A stretch of 64,000 nucleotides of DNA. Origin: Planctomycetota bacterium. Its GTDB lineage: Bacteria > Planctomycetota > UBA11346. Shown one piece after another: positions 8,601 to 22,571 of the stretch; the first letter of the stretch is position 1; the number at the start of each line of letters is the position of its first letter. The stretch spans positions 24,689 to 88,688 of the forward strand of contig JBBQSO010000011.1 in the NCBI GenBank assembly GCA_038213805.1, given 5' to 3'. The notes beneath the pieces were generated by a model. The model searched no databases and had not been told where the DNA came from. It saw only the letters and a list, made by a program, of their open reading frames with translations. A program made the position numbers and the translations under genes.

Positions 8601-9182
8601 TCACGGCTTCGCGGGCGGCGCCTTGGTCAGCAGGCTGGTGCGTAGCCGCGCGTCGATGTTCTTTTCCCCGACCCAGATCGAGAACAGCGCCTGCGCGAAA
8701 TCCGCGCCCGGCACGGTGCCGAGCACCGTGCCGTTGCGGCTCAGTTCGGTCCCGGTCTTGGGCACATAGGTCAGCGCGTAGCGGTCGCCCGCCTTGATGT
8801 CGACATAGAGTTTATTGAGAGCATCGACCTGTGGCCGGATCGCCGCCAGGGTCGCGGCACTGATGTTGTCGCCGATGGTGGCGTTGGTCGCCTTCACGAA
8901 ATCGCCGGCGTCGATGGCGTAGAAGTAGTGCAGCTCGAGTCGCTTCGGGACGTCCTTCAGGACATCCGCCACCGCGCCGCCGGGGGCCAGGTAGAGCGCG
9001 GAGCAGTAGGCGGTGAAGAACGCCCGGTAGATGAGGTGTCCGACGCCATGCAGCGCGAAGGGCTGGCCGTCGGCGGTCAGCGTGTCAGCGAAGTCCTGGC
9101 CGTCGATCTGGGCCGCGCTGCCAATGTTGGGAGTGGCGCACAGCAGGGCGGAGAACGCGGCGACGGTAAGCAGGCGGGGCAT
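8601..9182 (-). CDS. Secreted chalcone-isomerase-like family protein
   Basis: Signal peptide; LHGVG..YRAFFTAY..ALYL; GDRYALTY.P..GT; DFAQALFSIWVGE. Confidence 0.8.
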   Translation of the reverse strand: MPRLLTVAAFSALLCATPNIGSAAQIDGQDFADTLTADGQPFALHGVGHLIYRAFFTAYCSALYLAPGGAVADVLKDVPKRLELHYFYAIDAGDFVKATNATIGDNISAATLAAIRPQVDALNKLYVDIKAGDRYALTYVPKTGTELSRNGTVLGTVPGADFAQALFSIWVGEKNIDARLRTSLLTKAPPAKP

Positions 9183-9274
9183 GGCGGGTCCTGTCGGCTT
9201 GGATGATCTGGGCTTCACGAGCATACGACGGAAAGCGGACAGCGGATCTGGATGTCCGCGCGCCCGGCCGGCGC

Positions 9275-9841
9275 CTATTTGGCGTCCAGCACCCGCATCA
9301 CCATGCCGGTCACCGGCTCGACGTACCGCGACATCGGCCCGGGCAGGCGGCCGTAGAGCACGAAGATGGCCGTCTCGAGGAACAGTCCGATGACCGCGGC
9401 GGCGAGCAGCGCCGGCTCGCCGGTGATGCGGCCGAGTGCGATCTGCTGGGCGAAGATCTCGGTGATGACGTCCTGCGGCATGCGCAGGTCGGTGGGCAGG
9501 CTCTTGGCGAGTTCGTGCTGCACCAGCAGCACGAAGCGGAACACCAGCGGCTGCTCGTCGTAGAGCAGGTAGCAGGCCGCGCAGCCCGCCTGCATCTTTG
9601 CGCCCAGCTCGTCCTGGCTGGCAAGTGCCGTCTCGATGCGCGCGCGCACCTCGGTGAGGTGCTCGATATAGAGCGCGGCGACCAGCGCCTCTTTATTCGC
9701 CCAATGGCGGTAGAGCGCAGCCTCGGAACAGCCCGCGTGCTTGGCGATGTCGCGGATGCCGGTGCCGTGCACACCCTGCTCGACAAACAGCTCCAGGGCT
9801 GCGATTTTGAGGGGCTCGCGTGCTTTCGGTGGCCGTGCCAT
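9275..9841 (-). CDS. TetR/AcrR-family transcriptional regulator
   Basis: AALELFVEQGVHGTGIRDIAKHAGCSEAALYRHWANKEAL helix-turn-helix; start MARPPK at 9841. Confidence 0.92.
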   Translation of the reverse strand: MARPPKAREPLKIAALELFVEQGVHGTGIRDIAKHAGCSEAALYRHWANKEALVAALYIEHLTEVRARIETALASQDELGAKMQAGCAACYLLYDEQPLVFRFVLLVQHELAKSLPTDLRMPQDVITEIFAQQIALGRITGEPALLAAAVIGLFLETAIFVLYGRLPGPMSRYVEPVTGMVMRVLDAK

Positions 9842-9977
9842 GGCTGGCAGTATGTCATGGAGCGCTGCACCACAAGAACATGCATCCAGCGTCTCCGTGT
9901 GGCGACGGTCTGTGGGCAGCGTTGTTCCCTGACATTGGGGACTTGCCGGGGTCAGGCGGAACGGATGATGCACTTCT

Positions 9978-11255
9978 GTGGACCCCGCCGCCCTGTCTGA
10001 AACCGCGCCAACCCAGCGCCCACCGGGGCGCTTGGCCACCACCTTCGACATCTTTGCCTGGTACGACGAGGTGCGGGCCTGCGGCCGGCCGGTCGCCTGG
10101 TGTTCGGCATTCGCCCCGGCAGAGGCCTTGCTCGCGGTCGGCGTGATGCCGGTCTATCCGGAGAACCATGCCGCCATGCTTGGCGCCCTGTCCGAGCAGC
10201 GCGACGCGGCGGCGCCGTATGCGCGGGCCGCAATCGCTGCGGCAGAGGGGGCCGGCCTGGCGGCGCCGCGCCTGTGCAGCTACGCCCTGGCCGACCTCGG
10301 CACCCTGCACGGCGCACCTTCGCCGATCGGCGGCCTGCCGGCGCCCGACCTGTTCTACGCCTGCGACAGCCAGTGTGCGGTGGTGGCGCGCTGGGGCGAT
10401 GAAGTGCAGCGCTTCTTCGCCGACCCACAGCGGGCCGCGCCGCGCACCCTGCCGCACTACGTTCTGCACGCCCCGCCGCTGACCCGCGCCGAGCGCCACA
10501 CGCCGGCTGAACTCGCCGGCTTCGCCGCGCAGCTCGAAACACATCTGCAGGATATCGCCGCGCGCTTCGGCACACGCGTCGACCACGACCGCCTGGCCGC
10601 GGTGGTGGCGGAATCGGCGGCGGCGAACCGCCTGTGGCAGCGCTGCCTGGAACTCGGCCGGCGCCGGCCGGCGCCGTGGACCAGCTTCGACGCCTTCACC
10701 GCCATGGCGCCGATCGTCATCGCGCGCGGCACGCCACGCTGCACCGACTTCTACCGCCGTCTGCTCGCCGAACTCGAGGCGCGCGTCGCCGCCGGCGTGG
10801 CCGCAGTGCCGGGCGAGCGCGTGCGCCTGCTGTGGGACGCCATCCCGATCTGGCCGCGCAAGAATTGGCTGGCCAAGGCGTGCGCGGCGCGCGGCGTGGC
10901 GGTGGTGGCGAGCACCTACACGCATTCCTGGTGGTTCGAGTTTGAGCCCGCGCAGCCGTTCGCATCCGTGGTCGAACGCTACGCGTGGAACACCATGAAC
11001 CGCTCCGGCGCCTGGGTGCTCGACTGGACGCTGGGCCTGGTGCGCGACTACGCGGCGGATGGCATCCTCGCGCACTGGAATCGCAGCTGTGGGATCTGGA
11101 ACAGCTACGTGAAACGCCGCCTGCCGGGGTTCGCGGCGGCCGGGGTTCCGACCCTGGTTATCGCGGCGGACATGGTGGATGCGCGGGCGTTCGACGCAGA
11201 CCAGGTCGAGCGCGATCTGGATGCGTTCCTCGCAGGACTGCGCCCCGGGATCTGA
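9978..11255 (+). CDS. 2-hydroxyacyl-CoA dehydratase / benzoyl-CoA reductase-like subunit (HgdA/FldB/Bcr family)
   Basis: YPENHAA, LCSYA, CDSQC, RLLWDAIPIW, HWNRSC, ADMVDAR; three putative Fe-S cysteines. Confidence 0.85.
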   Translation: MDPAALSETAPTQRPPGRLATTFDIFAWYDEVRACGRPVAWCSAFAPAEALLAVGVMPVYPENHAAMLGALSEQRDAAAPYARAAIAAAEGAGLAAPRLCSYALADLGTLHGAPSPIGGLPAPDLFYACDSQCAVVARWGDEVQRFFADPQRAAPRTLPHYVLHAPPLTRAERHTPAELAGFAAQLETHLQDIAARFGTRVDHDRLAAVVAESAAANRLWQRCLELGRRRPAPWTSFDAFTAMAPIVIARGTPRCTDFYRRLLAELEARVAAGVAAVPGERVRLLWDAIPIWPRKNWLAKACAARGVAVVASTYTHSWWFEFEPAQPFASVVERYAWNTMNRSGAWVLDWTLGLVRDYAADGILAHWNRSCGIWNSYVKRRLPGFAAAGVPTLVIAADMVDARAFDADQVERDLDAFLAGLRPGI

Positions 11256-11275
11256 CCGGCTGGGCGTTTCCGCCC

Positions 11276-11304
11276 TTGGCAAGGCGGGTGCCGCCTCCTA
11301 CGGT
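11276..11304 (+). promoter_or_regulatory. Sigma70-type promoter, leaderless architecture
   Basis: TTGGCA-17 nt-TACGGT-7 nt-ATG(11312); no Shine-Dalgarno. Confidence 0.6.
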
Positions 11305-11311
11305 CCACCCC

Positions 11312-12801
<1,490 letters not shown>

Positions 12802-12805
<4 letters not shown>

Positions 12806-13617
12806 GGGGCGCGCTGCTGCCCATCCTGATGGTCGCCAGTACCGGCCATGGCGCGCTCGCCGCTGCGGAGGGCAGACTGGAGGACGCGCGCGAGCAGGTG
12901 CGCACAGCGCATCCATCCTCGTCCTCGTCGCCACCTTCTGGCGGCGCTGGGCGCCGCGAATCTTCGACGGGATCGTCCGCTGATTCCATCGAGGTCGATG
13001 ACGCCTTCGTGGGCGTCTGCGCCTATGCCCTGCTCTCGCCCTTCGTTGTGCCCAACGCGCTGATGGAAGATCAGGACTTCGCATTCCCCCCCTTGGCGCC
13101 ACGCCCCTACGCCGCCCCTCCGGCCGCGGGCGGCTGGTGGACGCTGCGCCTGGGCGCGGAGTACGCCTACGAGCAGGATCAGCTGCACCGCTTCAGCGCC
13201 AGCACCGTGGTGGAGACGCGCTCCCGGCTGGGTCTGAGCGCCGGCTGGGACCGCTATGAGCAACGCGGCAGCGCCCACGACCGGATCGACCTCGGCGACG
13301 CCGAGGTGACGCTACGCTTCGCCCAATGCGCCTGGGGGCACATGCACCTGGGCCTTGGCGTGCGCTGGCTGAGCGATCGCGTCGGCACCGAGGTGGGCTT
13401 CAACGCCACGTACGGCGGCGAGTTCTTCCCCGTCCAACCGTGGACGGCGGCCTTCCAGCTCGAGCTCGGCCGGCTGGGCGAGGCCACGGTGTTCCGCGCG
13501 CGCGCCAGCATCGGCGCCCAGGTCCTGGGCCTGCAGCCGTACATCGGCTACGGATTCCTGGCCCTCGGCAGCGTGGACTTCCACGGTCCGCTCGCAGGAC
13601 TCACGATTTCATTCTGA
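12802..13617 (+). CDS. Hypothetical secreted protein, probable outer-membrane beta-barrel
   Basis: GTG overlaps the AAA stop (GTGA); signal-like N-terminus; amphipathic strands; C-terminal LAGLTISF. Confidence 0.65.
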
Positions 13618-13682
13618 CGGCCAACGGCGCAGTCATGAGGGTTGGGCGGGAGGCGTGGTAGCCATCCGCCGTCAGACCCATC

Positions 13683-14939
13683 TCACATCTTCGGCTTGCC
13701 CTGGAACCCCAGGTTGTCGATCACCAGTTCACCATCGGTGTGGCCGTTGTAGATGATGATCTGCAGCTGGCGCACGTCGTTCAGGTCGGCGATGCGCCCG
13801 GTGTTGGCCCAGCTGCTGGCGATGCTCTTGAAGTTCGAGCCCTTGAGGTCGACGCGCACCTGCTGGAACTCGTCGCCGGGCTGGATGGTCTTCTGCGGGC
13901 TCTCGTGGAAGAGGTAGCGGTCGCCGGTCTTCAGCGCGACCGAGATGTTCACCGGCTTGTCGCTGGTGTTCTTGATCTGGAAGGCGAGCACCGAGTTGTC
14001 GAGCACCGAGGTGGTCATGCCGCGCATCACCGCGGATTTGTCCTTGTCGCCGCCCTTGAAGCCGACGCGTAGCGCCTTGCTCGGGCCATCCGGGGTCTCG
14101 ATCTGCACGGTCTGGACCTCGACCGGGTTCGACCACTGGATGGCCTCGGTGTCCCAGCCGCGCGCCTCAAGGCCATCGACTACCGGTCCACCCGGGCGGG
14201 TGACCGCGGCGGTGGGCGCCGCTGCGGATGCGGCCAGCGCGGGCACGGGCGCAGTGGGCGAGGTCGCGTCGGGGCCCTTGGCGTCGGTGACCGGGCCGCC
14301 GAACTGCGTCTCGTAATCGGCTTTGCTCTTTTCAAGCTCGGCGAGGCGCTCCAGGGTCGCGGGATCCTTGCCCCCGGCAGCGCGATAGGCTTGGTAGGCG
14401 GGCATGGCCTCGACCGGACCCTGCTGTTCGTCGATCAAACGAGCGTAGAGCGCGCGTGCGGGCAGCCTGACGCCGGGCAGGGCCACAGCCAGGTGCAGCA
14501 GCTCCAAGGCCTCGGAGTTGCGGCCGGTGGCGCGGCACCACAGCGCCAGCTCGGTGAGACCGGCGAGATCGTCGTCCTGCACGCGTTTGCGGCGTGCGGG
14601 GTAGCCGAGGTCTTCGCCCGCCACTTGCGCCTTGGGCATGCGGATGATGCCGTTGCCGGTGTTGATTGCGACCTGATCGGGTCCGACGTCGGCAGTGGGG
14701 TCGATGAAGCCGGCGATGCGCTGGTGGTTGACCAGCAGCACGGTGTCCTGCGTCGCCGGGGCCGGCGCGGCCACTGCCGCCGGGGCCGGGGCCGGGGCGG
14801 GAGCCGGGACGGTGGCTTTTACCGGCGCGGCGGCAGCCGTGGCGGCGCCCACCGCAATCAGCACGACAAGGGTGCGCAGGCCCACCGGGAACACGGCGAA
14901 GAAGCGCGCGGGGGCAGATGATGTGCGGGGGGGCGGCAT
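13683..14939 (-). CDS. Secreted protein with a helical-repeat region and a C-terminal carbohydrate-binding (CBM11/galactose-binding-like) domain
   Basis: Signal peptide RTLVVLIAVGAATAAAAP; C-terminal LAFQIKN..ISVALKTG..VRVDLK..DLNDVRQLQI..GELVIDNL. Start uncertain. Confidence 0.6.
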   Translation of the reverse strand: MPPPRTSSAPARFFAVFPVGLRTLVVLIAVGAATAAAAPVKATVPAPAPAPAPAAVAAPAPATQDTVLLVNHQRIAGFIDPTADVGPDQVAINTGNGIIRMPKAQVAGEDLGYPARRKRVQDDDLAGLTELALWCRATGRNSEALELLHLAVALPGVRLPARALYARLIDEQQGPVEAMPAYQAYRAAGGKDPATLERLAELEKSKADYETQFGGPVTDAKGPDATSPTAPVPALAASAAAPTAAVTRPGGPVVDGLEARGWDTEAIQWSNPVEVQTVQIETPDGPSKALRVGFKGGDKDKSAVMRGMTTSVLDNSVLAFQIKNTSDKPVNISVALKTGDRYLFHESPQKTIQPGDEFQQVRVDLKGSNFKSIASSWANTGRIADLNDVRQLQIIIYNGHTDGELVIDNLGFQGKPKM

Positions 14940-15145
14940 GCGGTCGACGGCGCGCAGTATCCGCCGTGCACGGGACTCCGCAATCGGCGCCTCAGCGCGG
15001 ATCGCGGCAGGTATCAGACGCTGGCCCGCCTGGGCTGGGGGAGCGGGGGAGGTCCGGCTGTGCGCGTCTGGGTCCATGCCAGGGACATTGACGGTCGGAG
15101 AGCCGGCTGCTGTCATGGCGCTTCGCGCGGCCGCGGCGGACCGGC

Positions 15146-16921
<1,776 letters not shown>

Positions 16922-16927
16922 CGGGGC

Positions 16928-16956
16928 AGGATACCCCGTTCCTGCCTAAATGCCAA
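16928..16956 (-). promoter_or_regulatory. Sigma70-type promoter, leaderless architecture
   Basis: Minus strand TTGGCA-17 nt-TATCCT-6 nt-ATG(16921). Confidence 0.6.
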
Positions 16957-16994
16957 GGCCGGATGGGCTTGGCGGCGACATTCCGGAGCGGCGG

Positions 16995-17609
16995 CTAGAA
17001 GCGGTAGCCGACCGCCAGGGTGGCGTTGATGCCATTGGACTTGAAGGAATCGCCGTTCGCCCCGCTCGCTCCGTGCAGGGTCATGCGGTTGGTCGCCCAA
17101 CCCGCGGTGATGCCGAACTGGTAGTGCTCGTCAAAGGTGTGGAACCAGCCGATCTCGCCGAGGATGATGGTGGCGTCGCCGTCCTTGTGGAAGTCGGTGT
17201 GGCTGTCCTTGAAGGACATGTAGCCCTTGCCGTAGCCGACGACGACCTCGACGTGGTCCTCCTTGCCGGCGTAGATGCCGATGCCGCCGAGCAGTTCACC
17301 GCCATAGAGGTGGACCTTGCCGTCAGGCGAGCGCTCGAAGGGGATCAGCTCGCTGACGCCGCGGACGCCGATGACGATGCCCAGGCTGCTGTCGACGTCG
17401 ATGACGTGCGCGCTCTTGTCGCCAATGTCACCTGCCATCAGCGTCAGCTCCGCCAGCCGCCCGCTGTTGGCAGCCACCCCGGCCTGGGCGCGCAGGTCGA
17501 CGAATGCCAGCAGGGGTTGGTCTTCGGCGTGGAGCCCGGCGTCGGCCAGCCCGGCGATGAGGAGGGGGGTGACGCAGGCTAGGCGCAGGCGCAGGGGGCG
17601 GTTCGACAT
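16995..17609 (-). CDS. Small outer-membrane beta-barrel protein
   Basis: Signal peptide; alternating strands; C-terminal LAVGYRF; TAGCGT lies 7 nt before the ATG. Confidence 0.7.
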   Translation of the reverse strand: MSNRPLRLRLACVTPLLIAGLADAGLHAEDQPLLAFVDLRAQAGVAANSGRLAELTLMAGDIGDKSAHVIDVDSSLGIVIGVRGVSELIPFERSPDGKVHLYGGELLGGIGIYAGKEDHVEVVVGYGKGYMSFKDSHTDFHKDGDATIILGEIGWFHTFDEHYQFGITAGWATNRMTLHGASGANGDSFKSNGINATLAVGYRF

Positions 17610-17707
17610 GGGCGGCACGCTAGTGCTCCGCGGGGCGGTTCCAAGCGTCGGAGGCGTCAGGGTATGCGCACCGCGGCTTGACAGAGTGGCTGCACGTGGG
17701 CCATAGA

Positions 17708-20700
17708 ATGGGAATGGGCACCGATATTCAGCCGGCCGTCAGGAAGGGTACGGCCGGTGCGGGCGACCAGCGCCTGGTCGGCTACCATACCGACGCGCTG
17801 CTCTTTGAAGCGGTGCTGGGCAGTGGCGCAATGGGTGTGGTCTACCGCGGGCGGCAGGTACGCCTCGACCGCCTGGTGGCGATCAAAGTCATCGCCGCGC
17901 ACCTCGCCGGCGACCCGGCCTATGTCGACCGCTTCGATCGCGAAGCGCGCACCCTGGCCCGCCTGCACCATCCCGGCATCGTCGCCTGCTACGACTTCGG
18001 CCCGCTGCCCGGCCCGGCGGGCGAGACGCTGCTGCTCATGGTCATGGAGTTCGTCGACGGCAGCAGCCTCGGTGACCTGCTCAAGTCCCGGGCGATGGGG
18101 GTGCGCGCCGTGCTTGAGCTGCACCGCCAGGCCGCTGAAGGCCTCGCCGCCGCCCACCATGCCGGGGTCGTGCACCGCGACATCAAGCCCGACAACATCA
18201 TGGTGACCAGGGATGGCCTGGCCAAGATCACCGATTTCGGCCTGGCCAAGTGCGAGGACAACGCCTCGCTCACCCAGGTCGGCCTGCTCATGGGCTCGCC
18301 CGCCTTCATGGCGCCGGAGGTCTGCGCCGGTGGCGTCCCGACCGCGTCCTCGGACCTCTACAGCCTCGGCTGCGCCCTTTACGCGGCGCTGGTCGGGCAG
18401 GTGCCCTATCCCTCGCCCTCGTCCCTGGAGTCCATCCAGCTCCATCTCAAAGCCCCGGTTCCAGCGCTCTCCGGGCGCCGTCCGGAGCTGGCCATGCTGG
18501 ATGCCCTGCTGCGCCGCCTGCTGGCTAAGGATCCCGCGGAGCGCTGCGCGACCGCCCAGGAGCTGGCCCAGGAGCTGGCCAGGGTCATCCCGCTGGTGCC
18601 AGAGCAGGCGATGTGCGGGCGCCGTCCGGAAAAATCCTACGCCTCTACTCCAGAACTGCAGACGGTCATGCAGTCGGCGGCGACCATGGCCGTCCCTGCA
18701 GAAATCCGGGTGCCGCCGTCGCGCCGCACCGTTTCGCAGCTGCTGCCGGTAGTGCATGCGCCCGTTGCCGCTGCTCCGTCCCCTGCTTCGGCCGCGCTGC
18801 CGCCCCTGCCCACGCTGGCGCCGCCTTCCGCAGTGGCGTCGGCTGTGCCGAACGCACCGCCACTGCCGGCGCCCCCGCCTTCATCGCGCGGCGAGGCCAA
18901 GCCGGCGCGCACCGCCCGTCAGAGCGACGTGCTGGCCTTCCCCTTCCCGGTGGCTGGCGAAGAAGCGCCCCCCGCGCTGCCTGAACCGGCGGTGGTGGCG
19001 GACGCGGTGCAGACCCCGACTCCGACCCCGGTGCCCGCCGTCCCCACCAGCGGGGGCGGGCCGGCGACCGTGGCGCGGCGCAAGCACCAGCGCCTCGCCG
19101 TGCTGCGCGAGTCCGCCGACCACCTCCGCCAGAACGAGGCCAAAGAGGGTGGCGCAGAGGGCGACCGCCTGCTCGCCGCCGGCAAGCTGCTGTCGGCGGC
19201 CACCACCTTCGAGATCGCGGCGCGCGCGTTGCCCGCGGGCGAGCTGCGCCGTGTGCTGGTCGACAAGGCCGAGCGCGCGCGCCTGGACCATGGACATCGA
19301 CGCCTGCGCCGCGTCGGCATCGGCCTGATGCTCGGTATCGCGGTGGCCGGCGGCGGTGGGGTGGCGCTGTGGCGCACCGGCATGCTCGCGCGGCTTACTC
19401 ACCAGATCGCGCCGGCCCTGGCGGCCGCCCAGGACCCTCAGGTCCCCGAGGACAGTGGCCCGCGCTTGGTCGACCGCCTCACGCGCCAGATCGACGATAC
19501 CGCCGTGGCATGGCCCACCATCCTGGAGGAGGCCGCGCGCCATGCCGCACATGGCGGCCCCGACATGCGCGCCTTCGCCAGCTTGCGCGATCGCGCCCAG
19601 CAAGAGGTCGCGGCGATGACCGCGGCCATCACCGCGATCGATGCGCTGGCGGGCAGCGAGCCGTCGACCGCCCTGGTGCGCAGCCTGGCCTTCCGCGCCG
19701 ACCACCCGCGGGCCGGCACGCTCGCGCAGCGCCTGCCCCTGCCCGGTCGGCTGCAGATCTCGGGCGCGCCGGCGGACCAGCTCGACATCCGCATTTCCGG
19801 CGTGCGCATGCCGGCGGCGGCGAGGCTGGTTTTCTGCCGCCACGCCGACACACCGACCACGATCAGCATCACCGCGCCCGGCTTCCACGCGGTCGAGCTT
19901 GAGGTCCCGCCCGACCCGGCCGAAGCCGAGCGCCTGGTGACGGTGGTGCTGCACGAGGCGCCGCTGTGGGCGCTGCCCGCCGGCAGCGCCGCGGGCCTGG
20001 TGTGGGCGCAGCTCCTGCCCGGCCCCGCGGCCGCGCCGGGGACCCTGGTCGTGGCCGGACCGGAAGGCCTGCGCCTGGTGCGCAGCACCGATGGCGTGGT
20101 GCTGGGAAGCCTCGACCGCACCGCCATCCCGGCGATCGCCGACGCCAGTTTCACCCCGCTCGCCGGCGACCCCGACCCCGGCCGCGTCGTGGTCGGAACC
20201 AGCTCCGGCCTGTGCCTGGCCGCGGCCGTCGACGCCAACGGCTTCGCGGCCGCGCATGTGGTGCATCGCGGCGCGCCGGCAGTGGCGCTGGTCGAACGTG
20301 AGCTGCTGCTGCGCCTCGGCCAGCGCGCCGTCTTCGTCATCGAACGCGAGCGCGGGCGCTTCACCCTGGTCGCCGAGAGCGCAGACCGGCAGTTCTGGCA
20401 GAAGCCCCTCAACGGCGCGCTGCAGCCGTGGTTCGCGGCGCGCGATGACGGCCTGCTGGTGATTGATGACTTCGTCATCCACGCGCTCACCCAGGAGGGG
20501 GAGGCCGCCGATGCCGAGCTGCCGGCGCGGCGCAGCGGCGCGGTCGCCATGCTCGGCCAAGGACGCTTTCTGGTGGTCGCGACCGCCACCGGGGTGAGCT
20601 GCTGGCGGGCGCGTTCCGGCAAGCCGGGATATGAGCCGATCACCGAAGCCGGTGAACTCGGCACTCTGCACGCGGTCGCGCTCGTCAGCGACGGCGACCA

Positions 20701-21022
20701 GCTGCTCAGCGCCGACGCCAGCGGCGCGCTGCGCCTGTGGAACCTCCGAGATGGCATCGCTCAGCCCACCTGGTCGGTGGCGCTGCCGGCCGGGCGCAGC
20801 TTTGCGCCCCAGCTCGCGCTCGCGGGCGGCTCCGCCGTCTGCGTCGACGACCAGGGCACCATCCGCATCGTCGAGCGCGCCAGCCACACGCTGGTGCGCA
20901 CCATTCCCACCGGCGCGCCGCTCGCCACGGCACCTTTCATCGCTGCCGGGCGCATCATCGTCGTCGACGCCGGTGGCGAGGTCGACGGCTACGCGCTGGC
21001 AGCGCCGGTGGTCGCGCCGTGA
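17708..21022 (+). CDS. Large membrane Ser/Thr kinase: kinase, Pro-rich linker, TM, periplasmic region ending in a PQQ/WD-like beta-propeller
   Basis: GSGAMG, VAIK, HRDIKPDN, DFG, GSPAFMAPE; TM VGIGLMLGIAVAGGG; propeller-like blades (LLSADASGALRLWN, VCVDDQGTIRIVE). Start 17708 or 17714. Confidence 0.9.
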   Translation: MGMGTDIQPAVRKGTAGAGDQRLVGYHTDALLFEAVLGSGAMGVVYRGRQVRLDRLVAIKVIAAHLAGDPAYVDRFDREARTLARLHHPGIVACYDFGPLPGPAGETLLLMVMEFVDGSSLGDLLKSRAMGVRAVLELHRQAAEGLAAAHHAGVVHRDIKPDNIMVTRDGLAKITDFGLAKCEDNASLTQVGLLMGSPAFMAPEVCAGGVPTASSDLYSLGCALYAALVGQVPYPSPSSLESIQLHLKAPVPALSGRRPELAMLDALLRRLLAKDPAERCATAQELAQELARVIPLVPEQAMCGRRPEKSYASTPELQTVMQSAATMAVPAEIRVPPSRRTVSQLLPVVHAPVAAAPSPASAALPPLPTLAPPSAVASAVPNAPPLPAPPPSSRGEAKPARTARQSDVLAFPFPVAGEEAPPALPEPAVVADAVQTPTPTPVPAVPTSGGGPATVARRKHQRLAVLRESADHLRQNEAKEGGAEGDRLLAAGKLLSAATTFEIAARALPAGELRRVLVDKAERARLDHGHRRLRRVGIGLMLGIAVAGGGGVALWRTGMLARLTHQIAPALAAAQDPQVPEDSGPRLVDRLTRQIDDTAVAWPTILEEAARHAAHGGPDMRAFASLRDRAQQEVAAMTAAITAIDALAGSEPSTALVRSLAFRADHPRAGTLAQRLPLPGRLQISGAPADQLDIRISGVRMPAAARLVFCRHADTPTTISITAPGFHAVELEVPPDPAEAERLVTVVLHEAPLWALPAGSAAGLVWAQLLPGPAAAPGTLVVAGPEGLRLVRSTDGVVLGSLDRTAIPAIADASFTPLAGDPDPGRVVVGTSSGLCLAAAVDANGFAAAHVVHRGAPAVALVERELLLRLGQRAVFVIERERGRFTLVAESADRQFWQKPLNGALQPWFAARDDGLLVIDDFVIHALTQEGEAADAELPARRSGAVAMLGQGRFLVVATATGVSCWRARSGKPGYEPITEAGELGTLHAVALVSDGDQLLSADASGALRLWNLRDGIAQPTWSVALPAGRSFAPQLALAGGSAVCVDDQGTIRIVERASHTLVRTIPTGAPLATAPFIAAGRIIVVDAGGEVDGYALAAPVVAP

Positions 21023-21023
21023 C

Positions 21024-22571
21024 TCATTCCTTGCTGCGCGCGCGGTGCTCCGCCAGCGCCGCACGCACCGCGCGCAGCAGGCTGAGCGAGGTGAACGGCT
21101 TCTCGATGAAGCCGATCGCCGCGCCGGGCGCGCCGCGTGGCAGCAGGTCGCGCTCAACGTGGCCGGACATGAACAGCACCGGCGTCTCCCAGCCCTCGGC
21201 GACCAGGCGCGCGGCCAGCTCCTGGCCGTCCATCGTCGGCATGATCAGGTCGCTCAGCACCAGGTCGATGCGCCGCGCGTTGGCGCGGTAGAGCGGCAGC
21301 GCCTGGGCGCCATCGCTGGCGCTCAGCACCTCGTAGCCGTGGCCGGTCAGGATGTCACAGGCCAGGGCGCGCACGTCCGGGCTGTCCTCGACCACCAGCA
21401 CGGTGCCGTCGGCCTGGTCGGTCGGCAGGGCCTCCTCGGACACGTTTGCGCCGGGCGGCTCGCCCTCGGCGCGCGGCAGCAGGATGGTGAATGCAGCCCC
21501 GGCGCCAGGCGCGCTGTCGACGCCGATATGGCCGCCGCTCTGCATGACGATCCCGTAGACCGTCGCCAGGCCCAGACCGGTCCCCTTGCCGACCTCCTTG
21601 GTGGTGAAGAACGGCTCGAAGATGCGCCGCCTGGTCTCGGCGTCCATGCCGATGCCGGTGTCGTGCACGCATAGGCGCACCCAGTCTCCGGGCTGGTCGG
21701 GCATGGCGTCGCACCGTGCAGTGGCCAGGGTCAGGGTGCCGCCGTCGGGCATCGCATCGCGGGCGTTGACCGCGAGGTTGAGCAGCACCTGCTCAAGCTG
21801 GCTGGGGTCGGCGTGGACGATGCATGGCTGCGCCGCGAGCTGCAGGTCCACCACGATGCGCGTGTCGAGCAGCCGGCGCAGCATGCGGTTGAGATCGCGT
21901 ACCAGCACGTTCAGGTCGACAAAGCGCGGCAGCAGCACCTGCCGGCGGCTGAAGGCGAGCAGCTGGCGCGTCAGCCGCGCCGCGCGGCCCGCGGCTGCGA
22001 GGATGTGTTCGACGTGCACCCGGCGCCGATCGTCGACCGCGATGCTGGCGAGGTGGACCTCGCCATAGCCGGCGATCACCGTCAAAAGATTATTGAAGTC
22101 GTGGGCGATTCCCCCTGCCAGCTGCCCGACCGCCTCCATTTTCTGGGCCTGCCGCAGGCGTTCCTCAAGAACGGCGTTGGCGGTGATGTCCTGGGCCACG
22201 CCGATGATGCCGACGATGCGCCCGTGCGCATCCCGCAGTGACTCCAGGCGGTTGCGGTAGATGTGGTCCTGCCAGCGGCTGTCATAGGTCACGATCTCGC
22301 CGGCGAGCGCGCGCAGGTGCTCGGCGATCGGCGGGAAGGACCGGTCGTCGGTCTTGAAGAATTCGTAGATGGTCTTTCCGACGGCCTCACCGGGGGCCAA
22401 GCCGAGGAAGACCAGCCCCGCGCCATGCGACGAGGTGAACCGCAGGTCCGCGTCCATGGTCCACATCACGGCGGGGACCTGGTCGACCAGCCAGCGCAGA
22501 TTGGCTGCAAGCTGGGCTGGCGTGAGGGCCGCCGCAGGGGGCTGGTTGTCAGCTTCAGGCGGGACAGCCAT
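21024..22571 (-). CDS. Cytoplasmic PAS hybrid histidine kinase/receiver (CckA-like architecture)
   Basis: [51 protein letters not shown]; receiver LVVED...SDLIMP...MSG...KP. Confidence 0.93.
   Translation of the reverse strand: MAVPPEADNQPPAAALTPAQLAANLRWLVDQVPAVMWTMDADLRFTSSHGAGLVFLGLAPGEAVGKTIYEFFKTDDRSFPPIAEHLRALAGEIVTYDSRWQDHIYRNRLESLRDAHGRIVGIIGVAQDITANAVLEERLRQAQKMEAVGQLAGGIAHDFNNLLTVIAGYGEVHLASIAVDDRRRVHVEHILAAAGRAARLTRQLLAFSRRQVLLPRFVDLNVLVRDLNRMLRRLLDTRIVVDLQLAAQPCIVHADPSQLEQVLLNLAVNARDAMPDGGTLTLATARCDAMPDQPGDWVRLCVHDTGIGMDAETRRRIFEPFFTTKEVGKGTGLGLATVYGIVMQSGGHIGVDSAPGAGAAFTILLPRAEGEPPGANVSEEALPTDQADGTVLVVEDSPDVRALACDILTGHGYEVLSASDGAQALPLYRANARRIDLVLSDLIMPTMDGQELAARLVAEGWETPVLFMSGHVERDLLPRGAPGAAIGFIEKPFTSLSLLRAVRAALAEHRARSKE

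Noticed and set aside
14760..14810. GGGGCC-type hexamer repeats
   Set aside because: They simply encode a Pro-Ala linker (APAPAPAPA).
17678..17709. Perfect TTGACA with TAGAAT upstream of the large kinase
   Set aside because: The spacer is 20 nt, too long for a canonical pair, so it is not listed as a promoter; the -10 alone may still be real.
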